NCBI GenBank assembly: GCA_000708835.1
Contig: DF237238.1
Location: 1 to 64,000 of the forward strand
Reading direction: 5' to 3'
Length of the DNA: 64,000 bases
Origin: Klebsormidium nitens
Lineage: Eukaryota; Plantae; Klebsormidiophyceae
The notes beneath the pieces are model-generated. The model saw only the letters and a program-made list of their open reading frames with translations, did not search any database and was not told where the DNA came from. Of the stretch, positions 47,401-61,529 are shown piece by piece. Made by a program: the position numbers and the translations under genes. The number at the start of each line of letters is the position of its first letter. The first letter of the stretch is position 1.

Positions 47401-50400
47401 CCGCAAAGTTTCGGACCGCCGCGGCGAACGCCCGCCGCCCCTCCCAAAGCCCGCGGAGTTGGACCTGGCCGTACAGACGCGGCCAGTGAAACCGGTCAAG
47501 ACCCCCCGGGGGGTCGCCGATGCAGAAGCGCTCCCGTCGATATCGGCGTCGTCTGTAGAGGAGTCGTACCGAGCGGGCATGGAAGAAGGGGCGAGGGAGG
47601 GCGAGCCGTTGAAGAAGCGGAAAGAGAGGGAAGAGGAGAGGGAGGAGCCCGAGAGCAGCAAGCGGCCGCGGGAGGACAGCGACGCGGAGAGCAATCGGGC
47701 TCGCGGGAAACGGCCGCGGGAAGACGAGGAGTCGGAGGATTACCGGGGGCTCGAGCGGCGAAGGACGGACTCTGCAAAGCGGCTGGAGGCCGAGGGGAAG
47801 CGGCCGGTGAGTGCGCCGCTGCAGTGGGAGCGGGACCAAAAAGGGAAGCGCACGGGGATCAAAGTCCCCCGCGTGGACTCGCGCGGGGTGTGGTCGCAGG
47901 CGCTGGTCGAGACGGAGCCGATCAGGCGGGCGGCTGCGCAGCGGGCGCGGCAGAGGTGGAGAGATGAGGAGAGCGAGAGCGAGGCCGAGGAGTGGGAGTC
48001 GGAGAGCACGGACGAGGAGCAGGACGTGGAGGCGGAGGAAGAGAGCGAGGCGGAGAGCGAAGTGGGGGAGAGCGACGCGGTGAGGGGCTGGCTCAAGGAA
48101 GCACTGAGTTGGAAGCAAGAGCTACGGATCCGTTACAGGGCTGTTAAAGTTTTCGAAACTCGTTAGCTAAAGCCTGTGGCTCCGGAGCTTTACTGGTGAC
48201 GTTTCCTTTTGTTTGACTTTGCTGGAAGAATTCAGGGGTTTTCAGTCGTTGTTAGCATGAGAGCAAGCACGCTGATGAAGGGTGAGCGGAAAGCGAGTGA
48301 TTTAACGCAGAAGTCCTCCCTCTCTGTTTTCTTAACTCCGGCTTCCAGATCTAGTCCAGGCTCAAGGTAACGTGCCACTCGCTCTTCAACAGATGCACCG
48401 GTTTTGTCGAACCCACTTCTTCTTCGAAGCGATTAACTGGAAGGAGCCTCACTTGCGCACTGAGCATTGTCAGTGCGCACCGCATCGGCCGTTGCGCTGA
48501 CCAGCTTCTGATCTTCCAGGAGGATGCGCTGAGCGACGAGGAGCCGGAGGACCACACGGCGTGGGTGATGGAGGACGACCTGGCGGACCGCACCAACTGG
48601 GGCGCCAAGATGACGAAAGCCACCATGGTCCCGCCGGTGTCGCGCAAGTACGAGCTGATCGACGAGTACCGCATCGTGTCCGACGAGGCCATGGTGCGCG
48701 ACAAGATGCGCGCGCAGTTCCCGGACTTCATCCTGAACAAGCTGACGCTGCGCGCGGAGACGGGGCACACCGCGGAGATCATCGTGCACCCGCGCAAGGC
48801 GCGCAAGATACTCGGGGAGGAGGTGCTGGAGCAAGAAGTGTACGGGATCGACCCGTACACGCACAACCTGCTGCTCGCCACCATGTGCAGCCTGCCCAAG
48901 GTCAAGGCGCCCAAGGTCATCGTGTCAGACGAGGAGCGCCGCACCTTCATCGAGCAGGTACGGCCAAGGGGAAGCCAAATTCCGTTACTCAAAAGTGTTG
49001 AGGGGATGTCGTGCTTGGGTCTGAAAAGGCAATAGTTTGACGTTGTGATGCAATGCCGGGTTCCATTGTTCCCGTTGCGCTTACAAGGTTCTCTTGTTCA
49101 ATGAGTTAGCTAGTCAGCGAGACATGGCGTGACACGGTCTGCGGCCTGCTCTTCCCCGCTGCTTCAACTTTCGCATCTTGGATCGATGTTTGAACCCACT
49201 CCCGTTGCTTCGGTAGACTCACGCGCTGTCTTCAGTCGCTGACGGTGCCACGTAATTTTCGCTACAGCCGCTGCTGATGGCGCTGAACCGTGCTGCGGCC
49301 GCGTACACGGGTTACACCAAGGTGCCCGAGTCGCTGGACCTGAAAGTCATCGTCCAGGTGGTGGCCAAGGAGGCGCACGAGGCGCAGAACCAGCCGCTGA
49401 AAGAGTACGCGCTGGCGCTGCTCGAGGCAATGGAGAAACGGCCGCTCGACAAGTACCTCGCATACCGAAAGGTGCGAGACGGCCCCGCAGATGCGCTGTG
49501 GATGGAAGTCTTGTGTGGAGCTTGAGTGATCTTGAAGGAGACATTCCTGCAAAAGCCGTTGCTTCTCGTAAACGTACCAAGCTCAGATCGCTGCGTCCGC
49601 CGAGCATTGCTCCAGTAATCGCTCCCTGGTCGAAGAATATTGGGTTGGGAAAGCGGGCGCGTCTGAGACTCCTTTACCAAAACGAAGTAAGCGAGTGCTT
49701 TTACCAGCAAGACCGCCTGTACAACGGTTTGTTGGGGGAGCCCGTCTGACTCCTGTTTGCGCGCAGGGGCTGGGCGTGGTGTGCAACCGCACGGGCATCT
49801 GCAAGGACGACTTCGTGGTGGAGTTCCACGGGGAGGTGTACCCGCCGTACCGCTGGTTCGAGAAGGAGGATGAGATCCGGCGGCTGCAGAAGAAAGAGGT
49901 CGCGCCCGAGTTTTACAACATCATGCTCGAGCGGCCCAAGGTGAGACCACGCCCCAGCAGCGCGGGGGACTCTGTCGTGCTAACAGAGTGACGTACTGGG
50001 AATCGGTTTTGCTGCTTCAACCGCTGCAACTTTCGTTGCACACAAACAGTCACATCCTTCTATCGTTCTGAGGGCAAGTGCTACTTTAAGGTAGTTGTGG
50101 ATCAACCATCCTTCCGAAGGCTGGTTGCGGGATCCGGCAGGTCGAACGGGTATGCAATTACCGCTGCTGTAGATTTTTTAATATGGTAGGCCACTGTGGT
50201 CTCCCTGTGTTCTAGCAGCCCTTGCGCTGCCGGAAGAGTGGAGGGAGAAGTCAAGGGCTGCCTATCGTAAAAGCGGGTTGTTGACTTGTCGCTCCACTGG
50301 TGCGTTGCTGTACGCAGAAGGACCTGGGCGGGTATGACTTGCTGGTGATTGACGCGATGCACAAGGCCAACTTTGCGAGCCGGCTGTGCCACTCGTGCAC

Positions 50401-53400
50401 TCCGAACTGCGCCACCAAGGTGACGGCCGTGGACGGACACTACATGATCGGGCTATACGCCATCGAGGACATTCAGCCCGGGGAAGAACTCACATTCAAC
50501 TACCACTCCGTCACCGAGGTGAGCCAATGAAAAGTTCTAGCTCCGTAGGTAGGATAAACTGTTTTCTTTGAGATTATCTTTCAAGAGCTTCCTTTGGAGG
50601 TGTGGTTTTGCCAGGTACGTGATCGGCTGCTTGTGACGGGTTCGTGAGGCATCACTCCGTTTCTGCCGCAAAGTGTGGAAGCAAAAATCCGTTGCTTGTG
50701 GAAGCGGTTTGCCAAGTTCCCGTCGCTTTCTAGACAGTTGAGGCCCTAACCCCATTTTGAACAAGCTTGTCAGAAGTTCGAAATACTGGCCGGCTGGGGG
50801 CTGCTCTCACGCTCTGTGCGAAAGCATTCGTTGTCCGGAGATCCTCCAATACCAATCTCTAGAGTTTAGGGTTTTAGGGTTTCAGGATTATAGGCTTTTA
50901 TGCTGACAGCGCACTCGTCGCGCCCCTGGTGCAGAGCAAGGAGGAGCACGAGCACGCGGTGTGTTTGTGCGGCAGCCGGCAGTGCCAGGGCAGCTACCTC
51001 AACTTCGCGGGCAGCACCAGCTTCCAGCAGGTGATGAACAAGAGCCACGGCGTGCTCAACCGGCACCACCTGCTACTCGCCGCCTGCCAAGACCCCACCC
51101 TCACTTCCACCGACATCGAGGACCTCGAGAAAGCCGGCTTCAAGAGCTCGCTCCTCGACGGGCTGCCGCCCTGGGCCGTCAAGTATGCTGCGCAAGTGGT
51201 GAGGCTGTGTGTTTCTTTTTTTTTTTAACTCGTCGTTTTCTAAGCTCTGGGTCAGGCAAGCGTAGGAGACACACATCAAATGGAGCTTCTCTGGAAAGGC
51301 TGTCAACGGGTCACCGGCAGTCTGCACACATCTTTTCGCGACACCCAAGAATTGATCTTGGAGCTGATGGAAAGCGTCCGATTGTGATTACTGCTGTCTT
51401 TCATTTGCAAGCGACACGGTAAGCGTACTCTGGCGTCATTAGTTGAGTGTTTTCTTCAAAGCGCTGTCCACACCTTAGACACCGCAAATCATCGCGCTGC
51501 CGCAAGCATTTGACTGGCCGGTCTCCTGTCTTGCCAGGCGCACTTCATCTTCTACGAGCGGAAGGCGCTGCCGGGGGAGCTGCTGGCGCATAACAAGCGG
51601 CACAAGCGGCGGCGCGGCGGGGACAGCGATCCAGAGAAGCAGGCCGCGCAAGACGAGGCGGAGGGCGTCGAGAGCCAGCGCTTGCAGAACCTGGCCATCA
51701 CTCTCGACAAGGTCCGGCGCTTTCACCGTTGTTGCGCGAGGTCCAGCTGCTTTATGCATCCAAGCATAGCCCCGCTCGCTACCTCTTATGGAAATGTTCA
51801 TTCCGTGCGCTCCTGATTTCGCTCTGTTCTGTCCGGTTTCTTGGCATTTAGCAAGCGCCTTAGAAGCTCGCTATCACGCCCGACAAGGTCCCTGAGCTGG
51901 AGCCCTTCCTTCTCATTCCTAGCTTTGTGACGAAATTTGGATATCATTGTTCACTGTCAAGTACAAGTTCCTTACTTGGTATGCAATGCGTAGCAATAAC
52001 TTTTTGGAAGGCGTAACTATCAACCTGCTAGGGCTCTGCCTCGACAGCACGAAATAATGTTCCCCATCCCTCTTGGTATCCATCCCTTCTTAGGTGCGCC
52101 ACTGTCTGACTGCCCTCTGCGGTTGCCCCGCCACGGAGGCGCCTGCCCCCTTACGGCTGCTGTCCCCCGGAGAGGTGGTGCAGCGGCTATGGACGGCCGA
52201 CGATTCGCTGGTGCAGCAGATCCGACGGTACCTGGAGCTCCACGTGGACGATATGGGGCGGCTGGCGCCCATCCTGGAGGAGCTGCACGTGCAGCGACCA
52301 CAGGAGACGGAAGAGGGGCTCTCAGCCATGCGGGCAAGCCTCCTCTGGTGAGAATTTTCAAGCGGTCAAAGTGACTCATGTGAAAGTCTGAGTCAAACCC
52401 TGGATGCATAAAAGAATCACAGGCGTCTAATACTAAGAGTCTCAACGGCGCGTTGGACAGCCACAGTGGGGGTTTTGGGGTTGGTCTGATGTTGCTAGTA
52501 AGCACAGGGGTATTTGTTACTCGCAGTTTGCTGCTCATATTTGTGGCCTAGGCTGCCACTCTGCACATAAAGAAACCTGCACGACACATCACTAGCTGGA
52601 CGTTGCGATGAAACAGGCTGGCTGGCCCGCTCTTAGAGGGATTCTCAGAGAAGCAACGGGACACGTGCTCAAGCAAGATTGGTCTGGGCTGTTCCTATTG
52701 ATTGCTGCTGCCTTATCCTGGGCACAGCAAAGTGTGCGCTACTTACGACACCGTTTTGAATGACAATTGCCCGGCCTATCGTGCAGGTTGCGCGACGCGC
52801 TCATTGCACTGGACATCAAGCCCACTGCGCGGCACGACGCTGCGGCGGACCTGCTCACCATGTACGCCGCCACCAAGGACTTCTTCACACATGCGGTGAG
52901 GCCCGCACCACTCCCGTTTCGCCGCACTCTGCGTGTGGGCACCTAATCCTTGCTTGCGCAGTTGCCTCCTATGCAGTGTTCCGCACATTCGCATCCGTCA
53001 GCACGGACTATCAAGTCCATGTAAGTAAGATTGGAGTGTCCAGCGCTAGTGGTAGGCCTCCAGCTTATGTAGTACGCCAAAGACCGCAGTACTGCTGAGG
53101 AGCTGACATGGCCCCTCCTGTCCGGCCTCATTTGCAGGACTACGTGGCGAGCAGCTTCGAGTCGGAGCCGGTGACAATCGTGGCCATGGACCTGGGCGTC
53201 AAGGAGTCGAGCTTCCCGCCCAAGACGGTGCGCAAGGCGTACAAGCCGTACTTCGTGTGGGGGCAGCTCATCAACTGGTACAAGCAGTCGGTGGCCGACC
53301 CTGGCGCCACTCTCAACAACGTAAGCCTGTTGCGGTTTCCAAGGGGCTTTTAAGAGCTCCCTAGAATAGTTTCTGTGGCCCCTGACTTTTGCATCACGCG

Positions 53401-54244
53401 CCTCTCTGCAATAATTCGTTAGTGGGTCGTCACGCTTTTCTGTACATGGTATTCTCAGCGTTGCTTTTGGTGCATAGTGCATTCAGCTGTAACTGTGGAG
53501 GGCACGAGAGCCAGGATTTGTGCACTTTCGCGGCTTTCTCATTCGAGTGCGATCGGCTCCCATAAGATTCGTTTCAGGAGCATACCGGATGATGGGGTTG
53601 CGAGAAGGAATGTCACGAGGGTCGTTGTGTTTTGGATTTCCCTTGTTATGACGCAGTTTGCTTTCAGGCTGATATCAGATTCCCAGGATCCCCTGTGTTC
53701 CGCACGCTGACCCAAGCGGCGATTGAGCTGTGCATCTCTGCCCGCAGGTGCGGCGTGGGTGTTTGACGCTGCCTGACCCCGGGTCCTGCTATTCGGCGAC
53801 TGCCAAGCAGGCCATCCCCCGCGGTTACGGCCGCAAGCAGAGGGCGCGCATGCTCGACAAGTACATCGTGAGTACATTCCGGTGATCGAAAGCCATCTTC
53901 TGGTCAACAAGGCCTTTTCGCTCGAAGTGCTATCTTGTGGGCGCCTCCTTCTCACCAGCTGTGCTGAAAAGTTGCTGTCATTCGATCTTGATCTGCTTAC
54001 TGCTGCTTTGAGGCGTTTTGAACGCGGAGTCTCTGACGCATCTTCCTGACTGGTGCAGACGAACAAGGTCCAAGGTCCGTGGCCGAAGCAGGAGCAGCAC
54101 TGGCTGTGGAGCCACAACATCCGAGGGTTGTACGGCACCCCCTGGTTCGACGCTATTCGGGCAGGGCGAGCCGTGGATTCCGACCTGGTGCATTGGCTGC
54201 GCACAAGGCCCGTCTTCGAAGGCCCTTATGATCATGGCCACTGA
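41442..54244 (+). CDS. ATXR3: Histone H3K4 methyltransferase ATXR3/SDG2 ortholog (CCHC knuckles, GYF-like domains, F-box/LRR-like region, bromodomain, SET domain)
   Basis: Diagnostic blocks MTKATMVPPVSRKYELIDEYRIVSDE, EQEVYGIDPYTHNLLL, GLGVVCNR...DDFVVEFHGEVYP...WFEK, PEFYNIMLERPK, VIDAMHKANFASRLCHSCTPNC, YKPYFVWGQLINWYKQ, YGTPWFDA, LVHWLRTRP. Many GT-AG introns. Confidence 0.92.
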
Positions 54245-55117
54245 GGGAGGGAGCTGCCATACATGCATAGGAACTGTAGAAGAGGAGCGGTTGCCTTTGA
54301 GCACGTTGGTAGATAGACATGCAAGAAGTGGATATAGCAGGGACAGATTGAAGCCTGAAAAAAGTCATAGAATAGTCATTTAGTAATCGTGGATCAAAAA
54401 GGGATCGACTTTGGTGCATAGAATCTTCACAACTATTGGGAATCTTCGAGTCCTATTTCGAATCGTTAAAAGCAATGGTCATGTGAACTGTCGCAGACCA
54501 CAGCGTCGTTTGCAGCGCTCCGTGAATCAAAGGTTTCATACGTGGAACCATTGCAAGCTCAAATTATTTCATTCATGAGTAGCAATATAGGGGCATGATA
54601 TCTATCTGGCATGAGCACTTCGAGCAGCAGCCATTCGAGACCGGGCTGCATGCTAATCAGTCGCCATCACGTATGCACCATTCCTATATTATCCCTGATC
54701 CGTCATGTGCAGCGCAAAGCTATAGCTTTAGTAAGAGCTGAATCTATTATGTGCATGAAGCTGTACTACGAGCTCACGAAGTGTTCAACAAGTATCATGG
54801 ATTTGTCAATTGCTGTAGCGACTTCGATAACAAATCCCAAAATCGGTAGTAACACACTTTGCGTCCCGGCCATCATGGATCAAAGGAAACGAACATGCAC
54901 TCATGGACTTTCTTGCTGATATTGATGAAGCGTCTGGATTCTGGTTTGAGTGCTAGTTGAAGAGACGCAACTGCATGTTGCAGAAGACTGACTTACTTGC
55001 ATCCTAACTTGATCTTACGAACGGTTAGTCGAGAAGAATGGGTCAACGCGCGCACTGTACCGTCCGGTCCTACCTTTCAGTACTGTACATGTGATAATGT
55101 AGACAAGGTGCTCCAGC

Positions 55118-58008
55118 TTACACAAGCTCCTCCCCGGATGCCCTTTTGTGACCTTTGTGCGGACTGCCGGACCCCCGTCGAGGAGAACTGTTATCAGACC
55201 TTTCCCTATGGTCTTCCGCATAAATTACGCCTCGATCTCTGATATTTAAGCCCGGGGTAAGCACCTCCGCAGGATCAAACCTGGAAGCCCCCGACTCATG
55301 ATTTCTCCGAGAGCCAACTATCAGTGGCGAAACGTGCCCATTTTCCCTCAACTTTGTGATCATCGAAGCCCGCTGTGGCTCCTCTGCTCTAGCTGCCTCA
55401 AACAGAGGCAACAAACTCCCGCTGGCCGTCGGCAGCAGATCCTGAGCACTTTTCGAACTTCTGTCAGAAATGGCCGCAGTGGGCAATGGACTTTCTTTGC
55501 ATTTGGCACGCCGTTGCTGATACTTGGCTGCGGTGTACCAGAAACCCCCCGCCGTATTGATGGTTATGCCCAGGATATTCAATGGACTGAAGTCGCCCTG
55601 CCGAAAGATGAAGAAGCCGACAAGCTGCAAGCACACAAACGAAGCTTAGAAACAATCACAAAAGATTTGACAAGATGCCGAGAAATAGATTCAACCCTAA
55701 AGGCTACAAGGATCATGCCAAAAGGCCTTCTCCTTCATATGTCAGAACGAATGTTCTTGATGCGCAGCTTACATACAAGTCGCACGAACCTCCCTTAGAA
55801 TGCATAGGGTTGTTCTTCCCCATCATTGCCGCGTGACCACTCAATGCGATTGAACCAACTTATGGCTTCGCTGTAAATCACTCACGGTAGCCACAACGCC
55901 TTTGAGAGCCCCCACGACCGTGGTGGTTAGCGCAGAATTGACGAGCGTGCACAGGAAGAGGCTGTAGTTGAGCAGGACGCCGATGAAGAGCGACACAATA
56001 AGGTTGAGGAGGAAGTAGGAGCCATGCGTGGCTGCGGTGGTGAAAACTGCTGGAACTGAGTCGTACACCTCGCCCGTGACACAGATGAGCACCACCAGCA
56101 CGGGAAGCGAGAGAATGCTGTTGTACAGTAACAACTCGAGAGACGTCATGCCCTTCTCGCCGCCGCTGCGCTCCACCAGCAGCAGATATGTCGCCTGTGC
56201 ACAGAGACATGGCGCCTTGTTGCCGCTCAGATGTTCAAAGGTGCATGGGATGAGGCATTACCTAAGGGTTGCGCTACCGGAACCGATCGGTGCACAGATA
56301 GCGCACTCAAGGGACTGTGATGGCAATGAGGCAGTTTGCCGAGGCTTCAGCCCTGATGTAAGTCCTTGGTGCAGGGTTGATGCAGTGATGGCTCCGTCAA
56401 TTGAATCATCCTGTCAACGACAAATCTTTTCAAAGAGGCTACTGGAGGCATGGTGCGGTACTACACTGCAGAAAGTGGTCCACCAGCTCCACACAGCAGG
56501 AGCAGCCATGTGCATGGACTGCAACGCAAGCAGCCAAGCTGAATGCCTTAACAAGAGAGGAAGCTGTGCCTGTCTCTGTGCGCACTGACCTGGAGCACGC
56601 AGCTCATGAATGCAAGGCCGTAGGCCGTCATGTCAAAGCGGATGTCGCCCACCCCCGCAATGAATGTTCCCCCCACGATGGTCAGGACCGACGCAGAAAC
56701 CTGCAAGAGCGAGAAGGCAGATGCCAAACCATGAGGAACGGAGCCTAGCTAACTTCCATCGAACAATCTTGTCACCGGTGACTAGCACATGGACATGCTG
56801 TAGCTTGCCACAGTCTCTGATGCAAGGATCTTATAAGCTACGAGGGAGATCTGGCAATACAACCAGGTGGCAGTGAGTTGCACGTATGATGCAACAGCTG
56901 AGGTTTCCAAAAACGGCACTGCTGGTTCGCTGGCAATTTCGGACCGTAACCTCTCTTCTCACATCCTCTGACATGACGGTACTGCTTTCATTCGTCTGCT
57001 TCTCACCTGCCATGGCGGCTGCACGTTTCCCATGAGGGACTTAACCCCAAGGATGAGCACAGGAGCTGTAACGAAATCAATGAGAGTCGTTCAGCGCCAG
57101 ATTAAGGGTCTATGATCGAACACACAACTTGAGAAACCCATGATTTGGCATCGCCGTGCTGGAGTGACCCACTGTAAAGAGGTACATAATGCAGTTGACT
57201 TTTCTGGAAACCTAAGGCTGCTGATTATGCAGACTTGCAATCTCAGCATTCAAGCAGGAAAGCAGCAGTCCAATCAGACTTTAGCAGCAATAGTCAGTTC
57301 CTCCAAACAAGCATTTACGGCGATCAGATTCGTTTGTGATGTCGAGAAGCAGGTGGAACTCACTGATCCTTTTCAAAACATGGTACATAGGCAAGTTGAG
57401 GGTCTTCAAGCTTGCCAGGGCAAAGGCTACGTTTGCATTGTAGAAGAAAACAACGGGCGCCAGTGCATATGCCGTCTTCCATTCAAATTTCCGTACCCAA
57501 AGAACACCTGTCCATTTCAAGGCATATATAAGCGCAGCAGAGGCTGCCATCTGCAAAAGAGGAGCAAAATTGCCTGGTGACCATACGAATTGCAAACAGG
57601 GCTTTGCAACATCTGAGAACCGCACGAATATTCCTGAACACTCTTGGGGTGCATTGGCAGCTGAAGTCAAATCTGAGTCGAAGATCATAGCTTTAGCACT
57701 CGGTGTTCATGAAGGTCAGCTAACAACCACTCCAAACTGCATATGCTTTAAATTGTCCGGAATGTTTGATTTCAAATGGGTCCATTTTTGAGCATGTAAA
57801 TGCAGTTCTGCGGCACCTTATTGAATGTTCTACACATGCAGCAAAGGGTGAAGCCGCCAAAATTACTTATGTGTGCAAGAGTTTGATAACCTACCTGGAG
57901 GGTCAAGAATGTGTTTGGGTACTGAAAATCAATAATAACTGCCTTGTTTATGACTCCCATAGCCACAGCAACCGCAGCGTAGAATATGCTGGCCAGAAAA
58001 CTGATCCA
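55118..58008 (-). CDS. Nucleotide-sugar transporter, UTr7-like (SLC35D-type); first exon not located
   Basis: WISFLASIFYAAVAVAMGVINKAV, APVVFFYNANVAFALASLKTLNLPMYHVLKR, YLLLVERSGGEKGMTSLELLLYNSILSLP, LFLCTLVNSALTTTVVGALK, LNILGITINTAGGFWYTAAKY. Confidence 0.85.
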
Positions 58009-60249
58009 CTGCAGAGATGAAGGGACATGTAACGATAAGCAATATTTACGTATGCCAACTCCATGAAAACCTTGCCGCTTAAGACGCTGCTCCCAAAGCG
58101 CTCCATCAGCAGCTGCATTGCCAGCCGTAGCCTGATAGATCTGCCAAACAACCTGCGTCATTAGGACCACCTGCTTGTGACCAGGCTGCTATGCTCCAGT
58201 GTTAAACGGCTACAAGTACCTGCCAAGCTGCTCACTCAGATCCAATTATGGAGGAAAAGGTCACAAACAAGGCTCACGTCAACACAATGGAACAAGACTT
58301 TGGACACGCAAAGAGTGCCTTTTCTGAAGACAGATCGTCAAGGCTGGCTTACTTGCTTCCGATCCAACTCATTGTGTTTTCCTTGATGGTCTCCTTTCTC
58401 CTGACCCGCTTTTCCTCTTCGCCAGCCCCCTACTGGCCCTAGTAAGGAACTCAGCAAGTGTGCCATCCCAAACCCTTTCTTCATCACTCCTGACTGACGG
58501 AGATCTGACAAAGTCTCCAGAAACGCTATGCTGATCATCTTGTGCAGTTCTCCAACAAGCGGTACAGATTTAGGGCTTCTCAAACAAGAGATGGGCCAAG
58601 GGCAGCGCGTTGTTGCCCCCCCCCATTATCAACTCGAACTACACGGGATTTGAAAGATCCAGGCGCTAAAGTGCTGAAGATTACAGCGTTGAAGCTAATT
58701 TGCCAAGAAGCCAACTGCAACCCTCCAGCCTCCAGGTGGCCGCCATCATGGCGCAGCTAGAAACTTTTGGAGAATGCACTTGAACTTGACAAAGAACTTG
58801 AAGCACTAGCCTGCCAGTGAGCCTTGAGGTCAGCGACGAGAGTAGGTAGACATTATGTACCTATCTGTTGGCAACATAGAAATCTTGGAAATCATGCCTT
58901 CGACGACGACTATTATCTTCCATAGGTACAGTAAATTTAACGTCGGGATCGGCTCGTTCTAGCTCGTTCCCGAATCCTAAGAGGGAAAGTTTGAACGCCC
59001 CGTCGAATGTGGCTACCTAATCAATATTTCTTTTACCAAAGAAACCTCGTGTGAGATGACGACTGCAACTGCACTGTGCACACTGCAGCTCAGGCACGTT
59101 TGCAAAGCGTCTTGACCGGGCGTACCAGGCGTACCTACCTACAACTGGTCATTAATAACAGTCAATCATCATATACGGGTCTATCAAATGTAAGTTGTAC
59201 TGACTTGGCTATACATAGCAATGTTGAGGTTATACCTACGATCCTCTGCCGTTTTATATCTCTGTTCGAATATAAAGAAGGGCTCTTCGAGTAATCAAAG
59301 ATTGACTGCCCGGTAGTAAGGCACCTGACTGCCCGGTAGTATGGCACCTGGGAGTTTCCATGGCAGAAGTACACCAATAGAGCTGGGTAGGTAGGTAGCT
59401 GGGTAACTACAGTAGGACACGCGTGGTAGTAGTACCGGTAGCTCCCCGGATGACAAGGACGACATTCTTTTTCCATTTCGGGATAATACCTGGAATTCAT
59501 CGTCAATCTGCGTCATGCATGGATCTGACCAGACTGATAGATACGCCGAGATGCAGACAGCATCAAACACCTGCATGGCGGGTACCACCGTCCACGGTAA
59601 TCGAGCAATATCCTACCACAAATTTGAAAACTCGAAACTCCGGAAAATTCGTTAAACACCTGATTGAACATTCTCGTTTCCAAATTCCCATCGCAATGTT
59701 CCGTACGGTACATACCGAGTTTGTTGGCCGGTGCTGCCAAAAAAAGTAAGTTTGCCCAGGACAGGAATCCCGAGTACCGGTACCACAAAAAGCACATGTG
59801 TGCATGCATGGACTTTCATTTTCTTTTCAGGGGGGAGTTTGATATGTCGTACCAAGCAGCTTCGTAGCCTGGCCCCCGGCCCCATGTTTCAGTGTCGCGG
59901 CATATGAAGCGCGCGCGCATTTCGACTGCAAGGCTGAAGCCATCAGTGCAGGCCCCGGGGCCTAGGCCGGGCAGGGAGCAATTAGGTAGGTACCTAGCTA
60001 CGGTACACTGCGTATAATCACGTATCCTGGCACCAGTTGCTGTCTACCGGGCGAATCCAGAGTCAGGAGTCAGAGAGTAGGCTGTGATGCAGCGACACGT
60101 GTGACCGCGTGACTCATGCAATCATGCGAGGTATGGCGCCGCCGGCCGGCCGGCCGCAACAGTCGAATTCCGTAAGCTATACTCTCGGACTATATGCTAT
60201 GCGCAGGTCAGGCTGGTAGGTAGGTAGTACTACCTAGGTAGTAGCCTCA

Positions 60250-61199
60250 GGGGCGATTCGCACCCGCCAACTTTAAGGCCAACTTTCCGATAACTTTCGC
60301 GTAAAGTCCGGGGGACGCGTTCGCACATAAAGTCCGATAAGCTNNNNNNNNNNNNNNNNNNNNNNNNNNNNNNNNNNNNNNNNNNNNNNNNNNNNNNNNN
60401 NNNNNNNNNNNNNNNNNNNNNNNNNNNNNNNNNNNNNNNNNNNNNNNNNNNNNNNNNNNNNNNNNNNNNNNNNNNNNNNNNNNNNNNNNNNNNNNNNNNN
60501 NNNNNNNNNNNNNNNNNNNNNNNNNNNNNNNNNNNNNNNNNNNNNNNNNNNNNNNNNNNNNNNNNNNNNNNNNNNNNNNNNNNNNNNNNNNNNNNNNNNN
60601 NNNNNNNNNNNNNNNNNNNNNNNNNNNNNNNNNNNNNNNNNNNNNNNNNNNNNNNNNNNNNNNNNNNNNNNNNNNNNNNNNNNNNNNNNNNNNNNNNNNN
60701 NNNNNNNNNNNNNNNNNNNNNNNNNNNNNNNNNNNNNNNNNNNNNNNNNNNNNNNNNNNNNNNNNNNNNNNNNNNNNNNNNNNNNNNNNNNNNNNNNNNN
60801 NNNNNNNNNNNNNNNNNNNNNNNNNNNNNNNNNNNNNNNNNNNNNNNNNNNNNNNNNNNNNNNNNNNNNNNNNNNNNNNNNNNNNNNNNNNNNNNNNNNN
60901 NNNNNNNNNNNNNNNNNNNNNNNNNNNNNNNNNNNNNNNNNNNNNNNNNNNNNNNNNNNNNNNNNNNNNNNNNNNNNNNNNNNNNNNNNNNNNNNNNNNN
61001 NNNNNNNNNNNNNNNNNNNNNNNNNNNNNNNNNNNNNNNNNNNNNNNNNNNNNNNNNNNNNNNNNNNNNNNNNNNNNNNNNNNNNNNTTCCTTTTCGGAT
61101 CGGCGTGACTTTCCGATAAGCAAAGTACCGATAAGGACTTATCGGAAAGTTAAACTAAGCTTATCGGAAGGTTAAAATGCTGCGGGTGCGAATCGCCCC
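60250..61199. mobile_element. PIF/Harbinger-like non-autonomous DNA transposon (MITE) spanning an assembly gap
   Basis: Perfect 18-bp TIRs GGGGCGATTCGCACCCGC (60250-60267 and reverse complement 61182-61199), 3-bp TSD TCA (60247-60249, 61200-61202), and subterminal repeats (A)CTTTCCGATAA(G) on both arms. Confidence 0.8.
60344..61087. other. Assembly gap (N run)
   Basis: Continuous Ns inside the MITE. Confidence 1.
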
Positions 61200-61529
61200 T
61201 CATTGCTACCTGCTGTACAGTGTGCTGTCCTACGGTACATCTACCGAGCAATGCGGGACTCGGACCTTTCTGAGTTTCTCCTTCAATCACGGGTGCTCTC
61301 TCCCTATGAAGCTATTTCTCCTCCATTGTCAAATCGTGAGATTTTGCACCACTGTTGGCCGGCACTTCAGAGGGCTTCTGATTAGCAGTGGCGCTGCAGT
61401 CGACTTGGTCCACAGTCATCTCTACTGGCATGCTCGTATTGTTGTGGTCCCTGCTGAAGCTGGATCTTTGACAGCTGCTGCTCTGGAGCGGAGAAGCCTC
61501 CGAAGAACGTCAATTTTGATAGAGTCAAA

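Noticed and set aside
41400-54300. Numerous overlapping and antisense ORFs within ATXR3 and other GC-rich exons
   Set aside because: Shadow frames of GC-rich coding sequence with no independent motifs.
58850-60245. Possible Helitron or other TE relic (GGTAGGTAGG-rich, short hairpins)
   Set aside because: No clear termini, TSD or coding remnant could be supported.
60230-61123. 297-aa ORF in the track
   Set aside because: Artefact of translating through the N gap.
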